Assembly: GCA_051362555.1 (NCBI GenBank)
Contig: CM120644.1
Coordinates: 12,112,567 to 12,176,566 of the forward strand
From: Lingula anatina
Lineage: Eukaryota; Animalia; Brachiopoda
DNA length: 64,000 nt
Direction: 5' to 3'
Shown: piece by piece, positions 11,801-26,615 of the stretch
How positions within the stretch are numbered: position 1 is the first letter of the stretch
Layout: each line of letters opens with the position of its first letter
Program-made: the position numbers and the translations under genes
Notes under the pieces: model-generated
The model's database searches: none
The model's input: only the letters and a program-made list of their open reading frames with translations
Told to the model about the DNA's origin: nothing

Positions 11801-14800
11801 GACGATTACCAAAATTACTAGGCACACAAAGGTCATATTGAAGCATTTTGCTTCTGAACAGTGCTGAACCCAAGAGAAAGACTTGGTGCACATCATTACC
11901 AGAGAAAATGAACTTTTACAGATTTATGAAGAAAATCATCTGTAATAAAAGTTCAATTATGTTGAAACAGCATATGAAAGGGATGGAAATTAAGCAAGAA
12001 AGGGCAATTTCCTACTGATAATACTGCTTTAGATGTTATCCTTCAAGAGGATTTGATTTTTTCCCTCCAATATTCCATACCAATCAGAGTTAGTGACTGA
12101 AAGTTCACTAGGGTTTCTCATATGGAGAAAAGAAATGAAAGCTCAAAAAATGTCATTTTCAATTAATTCCTTGTTAAGGCTTTTTCATCTTTATTATCGA
12201 AACCAAGAGCTTGCAACTTTAACTTGAGGACATTTATCAAGTATCAAAGCATTTTTAATCTGTTATTTTGGTTGAAATATCGAGACCTTTCATTAAAAAC
12301 TGCTACCTTTACAACTAAAATATTTTTTTCAATATTCTGTTCTTTGATCAATCCAGGGCCTTAAAAAGTGTTTCAGTACCAAGTCCTACAGTAGTATATA
12401 GTTAAATTTGAAAACTTTGGCATTAAAGAAGCATATGGGTCAATTTGCTAAGGAGCCCGTGCTACATGTATCTACATGTAATCGCCCATTGGTCATTGCA
12501 TTGCAATGCCCACTTAACTCAGAACGATCACATATAGTGGATGACACAGCTCTAAAATGAATTAAGGTTACCATAATGACTCGACCTTTCTAATGGGGAA
12601 AGATTGTGAATATTACAGATGCTGCATTTTTTAAAGTCACAAATTTTGAAATAAGAACATTCCTGGTAAGTGGAAACAACCAAATTGAAAATTAAGCTGG
12701 TTTTTGGTTCTATTTCATACAGTTAAAGCACTAAATGTTCTACAGAATATAATTTAAATGATTTCAAAATTATGTATCCGGAAGGTTGATAATTTTTCCC
12801 CATCGAAAAGATTGCATTTTTACCATAAACATCTACCTAATTACTAAAACCAAAACTGACTTTTTGTTAAAACCTATAACAAAATATACGGACTCTGTAA
12901 ATATACAAACCAATATATCTTCGGCCAATGTAATTGCCATAGGATAATAGACCTAGAGAAATTCATGCATCTTAGTTTTAAGCTCCTCATCGTTTTTTTT
13001 TTTTTTTTTTTTTTGATAACTTTTTGGGACAAAAAATCCTTCAATAGATCTAGGTTTTAAGAACATTCAACAAAAGAAAACAGTCTATCACACACAATAA
13101 AAATATGTATATACATGTATATGTACTAGCTCACCTTTAAAATATAATTTTCCTGAAACAAAATCTATCCTTTCCTCCACTGAGCACATCTCTTGCTCAT
13201 TTCGAACCTAAAAGATGCACTTTATCTCTCTTCAAGACTTATCTACCAACATCAAAAGACATTATCTCTTTTAATGTCCGTTCATCTTGAATGAAACATT
13301 ATATTTGCCATACAATCTTCATAATGGGTAATCATTGTGATCACTGACAGCTAGTGCTTCTTCCACATATCCGTCATGCAATTGGGACTAACTTTAAACT
13401 GCAAGACAATTCAATCTTCCGTGCAAAGCAGAAGAAGACAATTGAGATCAAAGAAATCTGTGAAGTAGTTACACTTAATTGCATCAGTTTCTCATATTTC
13501 AGTAAAAAAGAAGTCAATTTGCTAGGCACCAGTCACCGTCAAGATGAGCCCGAAGCCTTATGGGTTACCATTTCTCCCTGCATGCCCTGCAAGAGTTTCG
13601 TTAACTACTGTCAATAATGACTCAAACTGTTCAGTGGGGAAAATTGTGAATTTTACAGATACTGTACTTTTTTTAAGTCACACATTTTAAAAATTAGAAG
13701 ACTCCTATTGAACGGTAGCAACAAAAATGAAAAGCAGGCTACCTTAAGAGTTTTATTTTATTCAGAAAAAGCACCACAGATGCTGTACAGAAATATATTT
13801 CTAATGATTCCAAATTAATGCAACTGAAATATTGGTAATTTTTTTCCCATTGAAAAGATTCGAGTCATCACCATACCTGCAAATTCAGTATGTTATATAA
13901 TAAAAAGTCTCTCTTCTAGCCTGATTTAACCCTCTAACAGTTGTCCCTTTGATCTTGCCAGTAATAAATTTATTCAAAATAAGCTGTAGCTAGTATGTTT
14001 TCATTCTGATCAAGGGTTTAAGCTTTCAGCAAAGATGTATCTCTTCTTTGTTACATACTTTGATGTCTTGCAGGAAAGTGTCTATGATAAGCAGTAGATG
14101 TAGTGTCTGAAGTCTTCCGAGAAAAAATGATAAATATGTACCACTATGTTCTTTGCTGTTTTTCTAAATATCTTTTCTGGAATTATATACACATATGAGA
14201 ACTTAAAGCAAGACTATTATGATTGTGTTTGAAGTCTAAATAAAAAATTACGGCACAGCTGATACTTCACATATGAGCCTCAGAAAAATCCCAGGTAATG
14301 ATGGCACTCATTATATTACCATCATGTACACTGTTCATTAACCCAAACAGTGCTCAATACTTAATGGCAGCCATTTCTACCATCAAATAATACCACGCTG
14401 CATTAATAACTTATTAGAAATGTAATGGGGCAGGTACAAATCACAACTGATATAATATAAAAATGAAACAATTTAACATTAAACACAAAAAAATACTTTT
14501 TTGATTCCTACCTTCAATTCAACAGTGAAAATAAGTGCTCACTGACAATGGTTACATAATCATCTTCATCATCATCATCATCATCATCAAAACAATAATA
14601 ATAATAAATATTTAATATTGCTCATGATAAATCTGAAAGTTATCTTTTGACATCACCTAGCACAAATCTTATATAAATGACTGACAGCTAGGAAAAAAGA
14701 TCCCGTAAAAGTCTGAATATTTTTTTTTTTTTTTTGAAAATTCTGTTTCAAGAACTGAAAATATTCATGCCGATATACTTATGTTAATATTGAGAGAACT

Positions 14801-15107
14801 GTTTCCAAAATCGAAAAGAATGTGGATGTTATGCCTGCTATATTGAACTCTTTTAACTTCTTCCAAGCAAATGTTCACTTTTTAACTTTTAGAGGAAACA
14901 ATTTCTTAAAAAGCTTTTATCCAACTTCCACATCTACTTTTAATAGTAAATCATACTACTATTAATTTTACCAATTGCTCTCAATTTTTCACTTTATTTT
15001 TGCCAGTTTTATTAATTCTTTCATCTTTTTAAAATAGGAAATGGTAAAACAATTTCTGTTTTATGTGCATTTTATAATTATAAATATACAATGGTTGAAT
15101 AAACTAT

Positions 15108-15138
<31 letters not shown>

Positions 15139-18100
15139 GTAAGATCTAGGTCACTAAAATAAGCTTCTATTCAATCTGATATCTATGAAACAGATCTCAC
15201 GTGTAGATAAAGGACCTGGTGAAATCTGTCAGGTAATATGACACATTTTCCATAAAAATTTTAACTTCAATTCTTTTCATTTGTTATAAATATGAAATTT
15301 AGTTAACTTAACATCTAAACAAAATAAAGATTGTAAATGCACAACATCGAATAGAATTTCCAAGATGGCTGCTGCGCAAGGCTGTCTGCTGTCAAAGCTT
15401 CATTAAGCAATCGATCCGATCTCCATCAAAGAGCACAGGTAAAAAAAAGACATAAAAAAGTAATTTCCGCCAAGAATCCCAAGAAATTCCAGGGAATAAA
15501 TGCCTCTCTTCCTGCTCAAAGGTCTCAAAACCATCAACCTCTTTGTGGGGTTGAAAAATCGAATTAAAAAGCCCGTCAACCAAAATGATACCAATGAAAA
15601 GAGAGGAAATTTCACACTGATGCCCATAACAAAAACATAGCAATAATGAGCACGCATTGGGAATATGAAAATGCATGCAATTTTTCCAACTGATATAAGG
15701 CTCTGAAAGATAAGAATAATAGGATCAGATCTGGCCTGCATCCTGTAACTCCACTGAACCCTGAAATAGTATGAGTTTAATGACCTTTTGGTGATATATA
15801 TTTATTATCTGCATACATTTGATTCAATTTGTATTTTTACCAATGTCACCTCTAGATAATATTGACTAGATCAAATGCCTCAGAATTTGCCTACAAAATG
15901 GATATTATCCTTTCTAAATAATTTTTAATCTACAGCATTAGCCTTTTTTCAACATTTGTGTGCTTTTCATAAATAAAAAAGGAATCTACTAGTATTCACC
16001 ACTTTTCCATGTAACAAGCAAGGTTTCATTTCTTGAAATATATTAATCTAAAAGAGGGAAAGGATATTGATGCCTGTATAATTAATCTTTTTCAGACAGT
16101 TTCTTTGAAGTCGGTAGTGGAAGTTGTACAAAGTTAGCAAAGCCAGCAATATGCCATGCCGTACACCACGTTACCATAGGCATGCGACCAAGCGTAGATT
16201 TCCCATTTCCATTTCTAATTGAAATCTTTCCACTTGAGAAATGAACGCTGTATTATGGTGCCTCAGATCCATCATGTTCATACGGAGGAAAAAACCCACA
16301 GTCAGGAAATATTGCATGTTTGACATTTATTGGTTTAAGGCGAGTCATTACCTCTGATTGTTGGGGGCCAAGCATGCAGTCAGGTTAGAGACACAGAAAT
16401 AAAAGGCAAGGCGCATCACAATGCATGAGTGAGGGCTGCAAAAAAACTGAATATCCTGAAGACGTAGCTTACAATTTCTCATTGAATTATATGTAAGACC
16501 ATATGTTACAAACAATCAAAATAAAGACTGAAATCCCTGAAATCCTGAAATCAGAGCATAATCCTGAAAACTTAAAAGCCATGCATGACAACCAGCTCTT
16601 GTGTCTACTACACCAAATGATGCAGGTCAGTTAAACTACTGTACAATTTAATGGACATGTAAAGTCTTCACTACCACATTAATGATGTACGTGTAGGTCA
16701 TCCCTATAGTACTGTACAAGTACCGCTATGTGCAAATAATTAACAGGCGTAGTTTTTGTGTACTGGTACTTTTTATGATACAGGCTTGAATTCTCAAATT
16801 AATTTTCAGAGATATTCCTTCTCTGTTATTTCTTTCTGTGATGAATGACATACGCGCGGCACGTGCGCATACAAACACACACACACACACACACTTTTGA
16901 GACATTTTAAACTGGCAACCTGCTGCACCAACAACATTGTCATTCTTTGTATGATGGGTATAATAAGTTCTAACATAGTAACTGTAACATTAAACTTTAA
17001 AACACTTCAAAAATGTGCACAGCCACACAATTTCTCAAGAAATTTTTCCAAAGAAAGAGAGAGACGGCTTGAATATATGTACAACCTTTAGCTAGTTGAT
17101 TGTATCTACCAGCCCATATCTACAACTGAAATGGGTTCTCAATTCAAGGCAGCCATGAGAGACTATTTTCCATATGCCTTTCACAATGAAGAGGTGCATG
17201 CAATATTAAATGACAGGTGATATTCCCAATGGCAGACAATCAGTCTTATTAACCCCACGGTGGAGACAAAATCAAAGGCAGAGTGTCAACTTTTCCTCTT
17301 TAATTAACTTGACTCGAGTGTTTCATTCTTACATGAAAGGTCAAAAGTTCACTGTTAAATGTCATTCATGATGCACGTTGTATTCCCCTGCCAAGTGTCA
17401 TAAAAGACAAATCAAAACCTTTGCTTCCCTTGGTGAGGATACAACACTATGCTTTGCAGAAAAGAAAAAAAAAATTTTCATGGCAATCATGTAGGGTTTC
17501 AAACAATAATGACAAAAATATTCCCTTGCTAAACATGAAAAGATATATTTCAATAACAACTTTTTTCCAACGAAGCGGTACACCACATCATAAAATCTTG
17601 GCAGTCTCAGAGGATTTATTTAATCTCAAACCCCGCGTCTGCACGTGGAGGCAGGTAATAATGAGACACTCGTTTCCTATGCTTGGCATTATAAATCTTA
17701 TAGACAATAACATCAATTCCTTTCCATTTGCTTGCCAGGTTTTGGGGCAGTCTCTAATGATGGGAAGTGAGAACTAAACTCCGTCGATCGATAATGCTTT
17801 TGTGATGGAGTTGTTACTTTTTTCCACCACCCCTTTCCTGTAGTATAAGAAAAACCAACAATGTTCCAACATGCAAACTTTTATGCACTAGCTTTTGAGG
17901 AACTTAAAATATCTTTTTTTTTTTTTTTTTTGCAGCATTAAATATCACAAAAACACAAAAGATGAAATTACTGTCATATGATAAACTTCATTTGGGGCAG
18001 ACCTCTGAAATTTTATCTTCAAGTTTCTTTTTTGTTAGCTGAAATATGGAGGAGGTCTTAATTGGTTACAACGAATCTGTCAGCCACACAAAGATTCAAT

Positions 18101-20225
18101 TGCAACCGATTGTTGGAGTGGTTTGTCTTCTTTGCAAATCAAAATTCACACTTTTTATAATGTGATGCATCAAAAGTGACATTGCATAGATGCGGAAACA
18201 AAAATTGCTGAAATCAATTCAAAACAAGTTTGTTCTGTAATAAATCTTATGAATATTTTGACAAAGATATTCATTTAAGCAGCACCTTTTAAAGAAATCA
18301 GCATATCAAAAAAGCATTCAACATTGATCTTTCTCCCCACTTTCTTCACTGAAGTTTTAAAGAGATTTTTATAGAGAATCTCCTGGAATCAAATTAATAA
18401 AATATTATAAAATTATTTATCATAAAATATTGTTCAAAAGGTGAAAAGCCAGATTATTTACACACACATACCTAATTATAACTATTTTAATTGTACTAAA
18501 TATGACCAGCTTGAGCATCTTCGCCATCAGAAAAAAAAAAAAAACTGACATTATGACAAGTACATGTAAGAAGTAATCAATTACACTTGTGCTATTTTTG
18601 TACATATGAGTTACCAAAAGCTATAAATAAGTACAAAATTGTTAATGTAAAAAAAATTCCTAATACTTGTATGTGAATATGAAGAACACGTACCTCATTT
18701 TTACCAATAAAAGCATTGGTGATGAGAACTCCTGGCACAACATCCCCCAGTTTGTCCCTGGTGTTAGCTGTAAAACACAAATATTGAAACCATAAATCTT
18801 GTTGTGAACCATCAAAAATACATGAAAGAAAGATGGTCGGGTATTTTTCCACCAAATGGTGCCAGACGATCTTTCTATGAAAAATATTGAGCTTTTTGAA
18901 AAGCAGAATAATTATACAGCGAGAAAGTCTCTAAAGGTACATGTATTGAAACTTTTGAGTAAATTTTTGGTTGTCTCTGATCTTTCTCAGACTAGTAACT
19001 GTGATCAGCCATGACTGACACAAACTAACAACAAATAAAATTTTCACAGCTTGTGCCAAAGAACTGCTTATTGTATAATACACATACCACACTTACAAAG
19101 CAGTTGTAAGGATTTTTTTTGTTATGTTCATCATGAAATGAAAGATCTTATCTGTCCTCTGTAAAATCCAAATTATTATCAGTAAAAATGCCTCTAGAAT
19201 TTGCAAATCATTTATAAATTATTATTGAACATTAAACAAGCATGCCTTGTGTTGAGTACATGTATTATGCAAACACATCTATATAGGATAAATATTATTA
19301 ATGAAAGAAAGTTTACTTATTTATGCTGCACAGTCATGATTATACTCGTATTGTGTAAATAAGTTAATGCTTTCATTAGTAACATAAACATTATTTATTT
19401 AGTGCTATGTATTTGAATAGAATATATTTTAAAGGAAAATTTCAGAAAAATAATAAGCATTGTACCTTTGAGACATACAAAGCACATTAGATCTTTAGGT
19501 AGCAAATAAATTTTCTCACTGAAATTTCATCACTTTATTTTACTTTCTACATCAAGGTGTACCATATTCCAAACTGTTCAAAAAATTACAATCTATAAAC
19601 AAGTCTTGAAGTTATGTTTTCAAAATTTTTGAGTTACTTTCATAATGTAGATATGTCATGGTAAAAAAAGACATTTTCTACTCTAGAACTGGATGTACAT
19701 CCTAATTATCTCAACAGTTTTGGATAGGACATTCCATGGTGAAATTTCCAGGAATTCCTATTGCTATACAAAGGTCTAACAAGCACTGTATGCATTTTTT
19801 TCTTTTCGGTTTTACACAAAATACGGCCCTCAATGCATGAGCATAATATCTAACATGATTTACCAAACCCAACAGCATCAATTGTTCATTTACTGGGAAA
19901 TTCATCAAACGTAAAATACAACTCTGATTGACACATCTGGGGATAAACATGAATCGCACGTTAAAACAACTTATATAATTAACCAGCTGTTCTCCGTGAA
20001 AATATATTTTCCTTGCAAATTGATAAAAACTATATGCTCTCAACTCATCAGTGGACTTCATCAAAGGCTAAAATCCCTCTAAGCAAACATCTCCAGGTGC
20101 AATATGGAATAATGAGTGTACGTGAATCTACTTAATAAGTGGTTGTTTAAATGCACTGATTTGTCTTCATGTTCAGCCTACACAAAATCAATGACCAAAT
20201 GAGTAGAGTGGTCTGCTGCTAAAAC

Positions 20226-20278
<53 letters not shown>

Positions 20279-22769
20279 TTTAAAATACAATCTTTAATCA
20301 AAGAAAATCAACATCAATTGCCAAATTTTACACAATCTGTGAGTACATGTTGTAGAAATCCCTAATGATCATTTCCTTTCTTAGCCCTTAAAAACCCGTT
20401 TTAAGATGAAATTGACCAAGCAAACAGTTTTTATATATTCAAATATGTTTATCTTATAATATATGTCTAAAAAGAAAATAATGACCAACTCATCACAAAA
20501 TGTAACATGTATTGATCAAACAAATGAAGTCATTTATAATAAAAAATAGAATTATCCTGAGGCTCTTCTATGCTAGTAATACCCCCACCCACCAAAAAAA
20601 TTAATAATAATAATAATAATAACAGCCTGTTATGACAAACACGCATGCATGACCACAAAAACTATAGTGCTTTCAATAACAAAGTCTTAACTGATCCGAT
20701 ATCCAATTACTGTAGCAGCAGCAGCAATCTGACTCCAATCACAGCATAGATATAACAAAAAAAGCCGTCACGATAAACAAAAAAAAAAAAACAAAAAAAA
20801 ACACAATCTCTCAAACAAAATTCACTTTAAATCAACTGGACATTCACCTCATAGCCTTGTTGACTACACTGTGGCAAAGGAAAATCCCTGGTGTTGCTTT
20901 TAACCAAGTGCCCAAGTCCTCAAGTGCCTTGGCTGTCAATGAGGCCATTCAGAACAGATGATCCAAGAACTAACTGGTCCACCAACTAAATATGGCCGAC
21001 CGAACTTCAAAGCAGTGCCGCTTAATCCTCTGATGGTCTCCCCACCTCCATACACGCCATTTTACAGATTAAATCTTAGATCCAAGGTTTAACTGCAAGG
21101 CTCCTGCAGCGAGGGCACGTGTGGAGTTGGAGACACCATCACGGAATTAGTTGGCACTGCCTTTGAATAAGTCGACCATATTTAGTCAGCAGATCTGTTA
21201 CTCTGTGGATCAACGTGTTTTGAATGGCCTCAATGTCTTGGTTTCTACATGCTTTCCAATATAATATATTCAGTGGAAAATGTGTTTTAAATGGAACAGC
21301 ACAAATAAGTCACTTACAAAAGAGACAGGCTGTCAAATGATATCCAACAGGGTGTTTTCAGTTCAAAATGTATCTAAAATATTAGTAAAAATAGAAGGAG
21401 TGTAAGTCCATCGTACCTGTCAAAACTCAAGATGTCCAATTTCCTCAATATTATGTAGAAATCTATCTTTGCATGGGCATTATCCATCCACATGCGGACA
21501 TCTTCCACCCAGATGTGCATCTTCAATACACAAAGCATCGCAAGGCACATTTCACAGAAACACGATAGTAGCTCAGCTGACAAAGAGCAGACTGATATGA
21601 CATGATACTAGCTCTCATATTCAATGCAATCTGTCTTGATATCTCCGAATTAATATGACAAAACCCTCATGTCATGAATGAGTTGTAGTGGAAGCATATG
21701 CCATGAGCTATATATACGGCAAGATCTAATGACCTGGGATTATCTGCACAGATTACACAATCTCGAGTGATTAGTGTAAAACTGGTACAAACAATAGAAA
21801 GACATTAATTTTCATCATAAATGCACGCTCACCTTGTTCAGCTTCTTCTCACAGATTATAATGCTTAAACTTAACCATCTGCCCAGGAAATTATGTTGGA
21901 TACAATAACAGGTGTAATATAAATAAACAGACCAGAGACTGTGATCAAGATATATCAACCACTCAACATATTGGCATCAAAAATCATAGGGAAAAAAATT
22001 CATGAAAATCTTGCACATATTCCGCATGTCAATCAATTATACTGTGTATATAAGAGAAAATATCTTATACATTATAACAAGCCTATCTTCCACATTTTGA
22101 AAAGTTCGCTAAATATACCATGCACTACAATAAAAGAATTAAAATATCATATAAGCTGACATGTATCCGTCTCCGAAAAAAAAAAAATGCCACCTAAATA
22201 CCGGGCAAGGAGATATAGCTATCATCTTTGTCATTTATCTCATACCACCAATGACACCCGTAAAACAGTCAATAAATCCTAATAAGGTCTCTCAGTCCCT
22301 GTAATTATGAACCAAGCGATTCTATTACCGCAATCATATGAAAAGGCATTGAATTTTTTTTTCAATATTGCAGTTTCCTGCTGTTCCTTTGTTCTATGTA
22401 TGACTGACTTCTTCCTGAATTAGCTGACTTTTGTTCCAGGCTAAAACATTTAGATTTCTGGTAATGTATATTTCATGAAGCATGCTAAGCTGATTTGCTA
22501 ATTCAAGACTATATTCACACAGCAGTGAACTTGAGTGTACTTGAATCTGTTTGAATCCATTAATCCTGCCAAGAATAAAGTTTTGACTAATTTGGTTCTT
22601 TTCTTTATAGTCCAAGTATGATACCCAAGAGTACAACAAGGTAATATTAGGAACATATGGATAATTGTATTAGTTGACATGGGTTGTCAGGATGGATTTT
22701 AAAAGGTAAATTAATTGTTGATTTATTTCACAGAATCATAGCAACTGAAAACAAAGGAGAACTTGACAA

Positions 22770-22824
<55 letters not shown>

Positions 22825-25800
22825 ATTGATGTATGAAAACAAATAATTAATGCCTGATAATGTAAAGCACATTTAAAATTAGACCAATTACGATGTGATC
22901 TCTCTGACACAATCTTCCCAAAATGGTCTGCTTTAAATCAGACCCGAAATAGTCTAACGTCACTTCCACTGATCAAAAATGGACTGTGACCTACAATTAA
23001 AACGAACGCTCCTAAGCATTTAGGTCTCTCAATATCCAGCTTAAAACCAGTCCACCTTTAAGCTGTTCCGAAAGGCCAAACGACCATGTGTATGCATGAA
23101 AAAACGTATAAATCAGCACAGACGGAAATTTAAATCAGAGCCATTGATGAATTATTCATACAGCCCTGATGGAACAGTCGTGTAATGGTAGGCAGAAGCA
23201 GCATGTTTTCTCAGTTGTATCAAATCAGTGACTTTCATGCATGTTAAAAAAGAAGCTACAGACGGACACCTTGGTAAAAGATGAAGACCGCATGCTGGAA
23301 GACATTGTGTTGTAAATGTGCAGTAAATTTGCAGCAAGGAAGCATTTTACCTTAGATTAAATGAGTTGTGCTGCAATTGGTTATTTCCCTAAAATTTGCA
23401 TGCAGCGAAGGGTCCCTTTCAAATTAACACAAGCAATGCAATGGTTTTCACCAATTTGCGAGAAATTTACAACAATATCCACATTGAATAAGTTCTTCAT
23501 CCTAACAATATTTTGGCTTTCCCTAATGCCTCGATCTTCCCCATAATTATGCTCTATTCCATAATCTCTGAGCCACACAACTCTATATTCAATAATTCTC
23601 TAAAGCTCTATCCCATAATATTCTATCGTATAATACTCTAACCCAGGATAACAATCATCAGATCAAGGTCACCTTGGCAACCAGTCAGACCTTGACAGTT
23701 TCTGCTCAGTGTGCCATCATTCCAGACAGCTACAATCCCTCAAGAAGATAAGACAATTTCCTTTCTAGAAATGATACACTGGCTTTTGAGAAAAAAATGA
23801 GGGTCCTCGTTATGATCACGGGGAATAGGATCTGCTTCCTTCCAGCAGAGACATATTACATTGTAGTACTGAAATCCCCTGGACGAGGGACGGATCCGTC
23901 ATCGGTTGATTAAAGGAATTTGAAAGACTTTTTTTAATAACAGCAAATGCTAATGGTAATTTGAAGCAACCTAAATGCCATTGTGTTCTTCTAAGGTTGC
24001 CAACAGATTGGCTGTCGTGGATCTAGTTTTACATCTGAGAAAACATTTTATTAAAATGTCTTAGCATGTCATGCATGAAAGATATGCTTTTAAAATGTTA
24101 CTGAATTGTATTGTTATAACAAGCCACCTTCCATTCAATTTCTTTTCACCTGTGTCAATTGATGACCATTGAAAGCTTCTCAAGGCATAAAAAATTATTT
24201 CAAAATATCTATCTACTCAATTAAAAAGTAGAGCAATTTTAGATTTGGTGACAATAAAATGAACCACAGACATATAATACATAACTGCAGGATGCAACTC
24301 GATCTGAAATTACATAAAAAATACCTCTAGAAATTACCATTCTGCCAGTGCAGAAAAAAAGGAAATGAAAATTACAGACTTACTGGGACATATAACTACT
24401 TTTTCATTTAAACAGAACCTCACTTTAGGGCAAACAATACATCAATGCATGACAAGATTTATGACAACCTTTACAGGCATGAATTAATACACATGTACTG
24501 CCAATATAGGCACCTGGTTCTACAATTAAATTGCTTCACAAGGTAATCCATTATAATCTATCACTAATGATCTGCTAATAAGATCGTGCAAACGCCCAAA
24601 ACTTTGAAGGGAAAAATAATGGTTTGCATGCAGCTTTTCTAACTGTATAGATGATTTACATCTAAACAAATAGACGAATGAAGTCACTAAATAAAAGCTT
24701 ACACAATACAAAGAATATGTTTTATTCTAAATAATTTGTTTAGTTTAATGAAAAGTTTAAAATTGTTCTGAACTTGAGAGAAAGAAAATTGTGTACATAT
24801 TTTCCCTTTTTTGCTTGACTTTTAGCTTTCTGAATGGAATTCGCAAAAACTAAATAACAAAAAAGAAAAAAAATCTTATAAGCATCACCACTGCATAAAA
24901 ATTAACAAAGGGCAAACAGCGATTACAAGAAAACCTAATACCATTTAATTAGCATCTTCAACTTCATATTCAACATAACAGATAGCACATGTGACGAAGG
25001 AACACCTGGATTTTGCTTGTTAAGATCACCTTAAAGAGCGCTAATGCTTTAAGTGTAGGCGTTAACAACTGTGTAGGAGGAAAGGCCAGGTGACACCTAT
25101 TGGTATCCTGTTAATTGACACGCAGTGCAATCAAATTAGGTTGATAAAGACAGCTGTTTTGGGCCTTTCAAACCCTATCAGCACTCCAGTATAACATATG
25201 CCGGAGACAATGACAAAATGCAATATCTCTCCCTGGGCAGAGCTACGGATCTTAATGAGTGAATTCCATATGCCGTGGCAACCATGTGAAGGGTTTGGTT
25301 TAACAAAGACACCTGTCTCTCTACAAGTCCAGATAGTCAAAATATATTGGCATAATGGAGATAGAAAAAACTGCAGTAATATCAAAACTGCAGTAATATT
25401 GGTTTGGCCACCCCTTTTTAATTAAATGTTTTACAAGGAATTTTTTTTTTCAAACTGCAATATCTTGTGTCAAAATGAAAAATAAAGCTAGTAATTACTA
25501 CTGGTATCAAGGAAGTATGACAAACTGTCAAGGAAATCCATTTGTTTCCATTCGGTAATGGCTACATGTAATTATGTAAAAGAGGAGAGGCTCATTGCCA
25601 CTGAAAAAAAATCCACAACAAATTAAAGAACAATCTACAAAGCTATTTTTAATTACATATCCTTTCATACCAGTGCTGGGTTTCTTTTATGAACCAGATG
25701 CAAGGTTGCAAACGAAAGGCTATTTTGATCAGAAATCCAAGAATTTCATATGACTTTGTCCGTGGGGAATGTAAGATTCAGCTGATCACAATTAGGTATG

Positions 25801-26520
25801 ATGAACAGCTATGGTAATTATTCACCAAACTTGAACAAAATTGATTTAATGTTATTAATTTTCTAAATAATGTTGCTAAAAATGCCCATAATAATAAAAA
25901 CATGATAATTAAAGAACTCTGATAAGCCAGTCATGTTAATGACAGCAAGTTTATTTTTGGAAGTAAATAATAGTGATAAATCTTCTGAAAAATCATTTTT
26001 GGAATATGTATGGTGTTTGAAATATATGAGAAGTTACTGTGCTCCCTAGGAAGAACATTTGATACTCATCAATCCTGGTGGATGATTATAAAACCAATAA
26101 TCATAGCTAATATTTCTACGACAAAGACCGATGTAGAAACTCCAACAAAATATCAGATATCAAACATCTTCACGAGACATCTGATTTATCATATTAAATA
26201 TTACTTTTCTAAGACAAATTATGACTGATATAATAGTACTTTAAAGTGAAGGAAGCAATGGGAAAAATCTAAACATTCATTAAATGTGACAGCAATTTTC
26301 ACACCAATGGTAAAATGCTATCATATTTTGGAAACAATGAATAACACAAAGTCAAATTCCAGATCTCAAGGCCTCTGAAAGCTGTTGGGTACTTATTGAT
26401 TTTTTACCCTATTAACAAACTCCATTTACTGGGATCCGTAATCTTTATAAAATGTCAAGTACCCAAGGGTCCACTGTGCCTGCCATCTTTGGAGGACAAT
26501 ATTGAGCACTTGATCGTTTG

Positions 26521-26615
<95 letters not shown>

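Noticed and set aside
21833-21878. 46-nt segment bounded by AG and GTGAGC on the minus strand
   Set aside because: It is not frame-preserving, the acceptor is poor and there is no homology.
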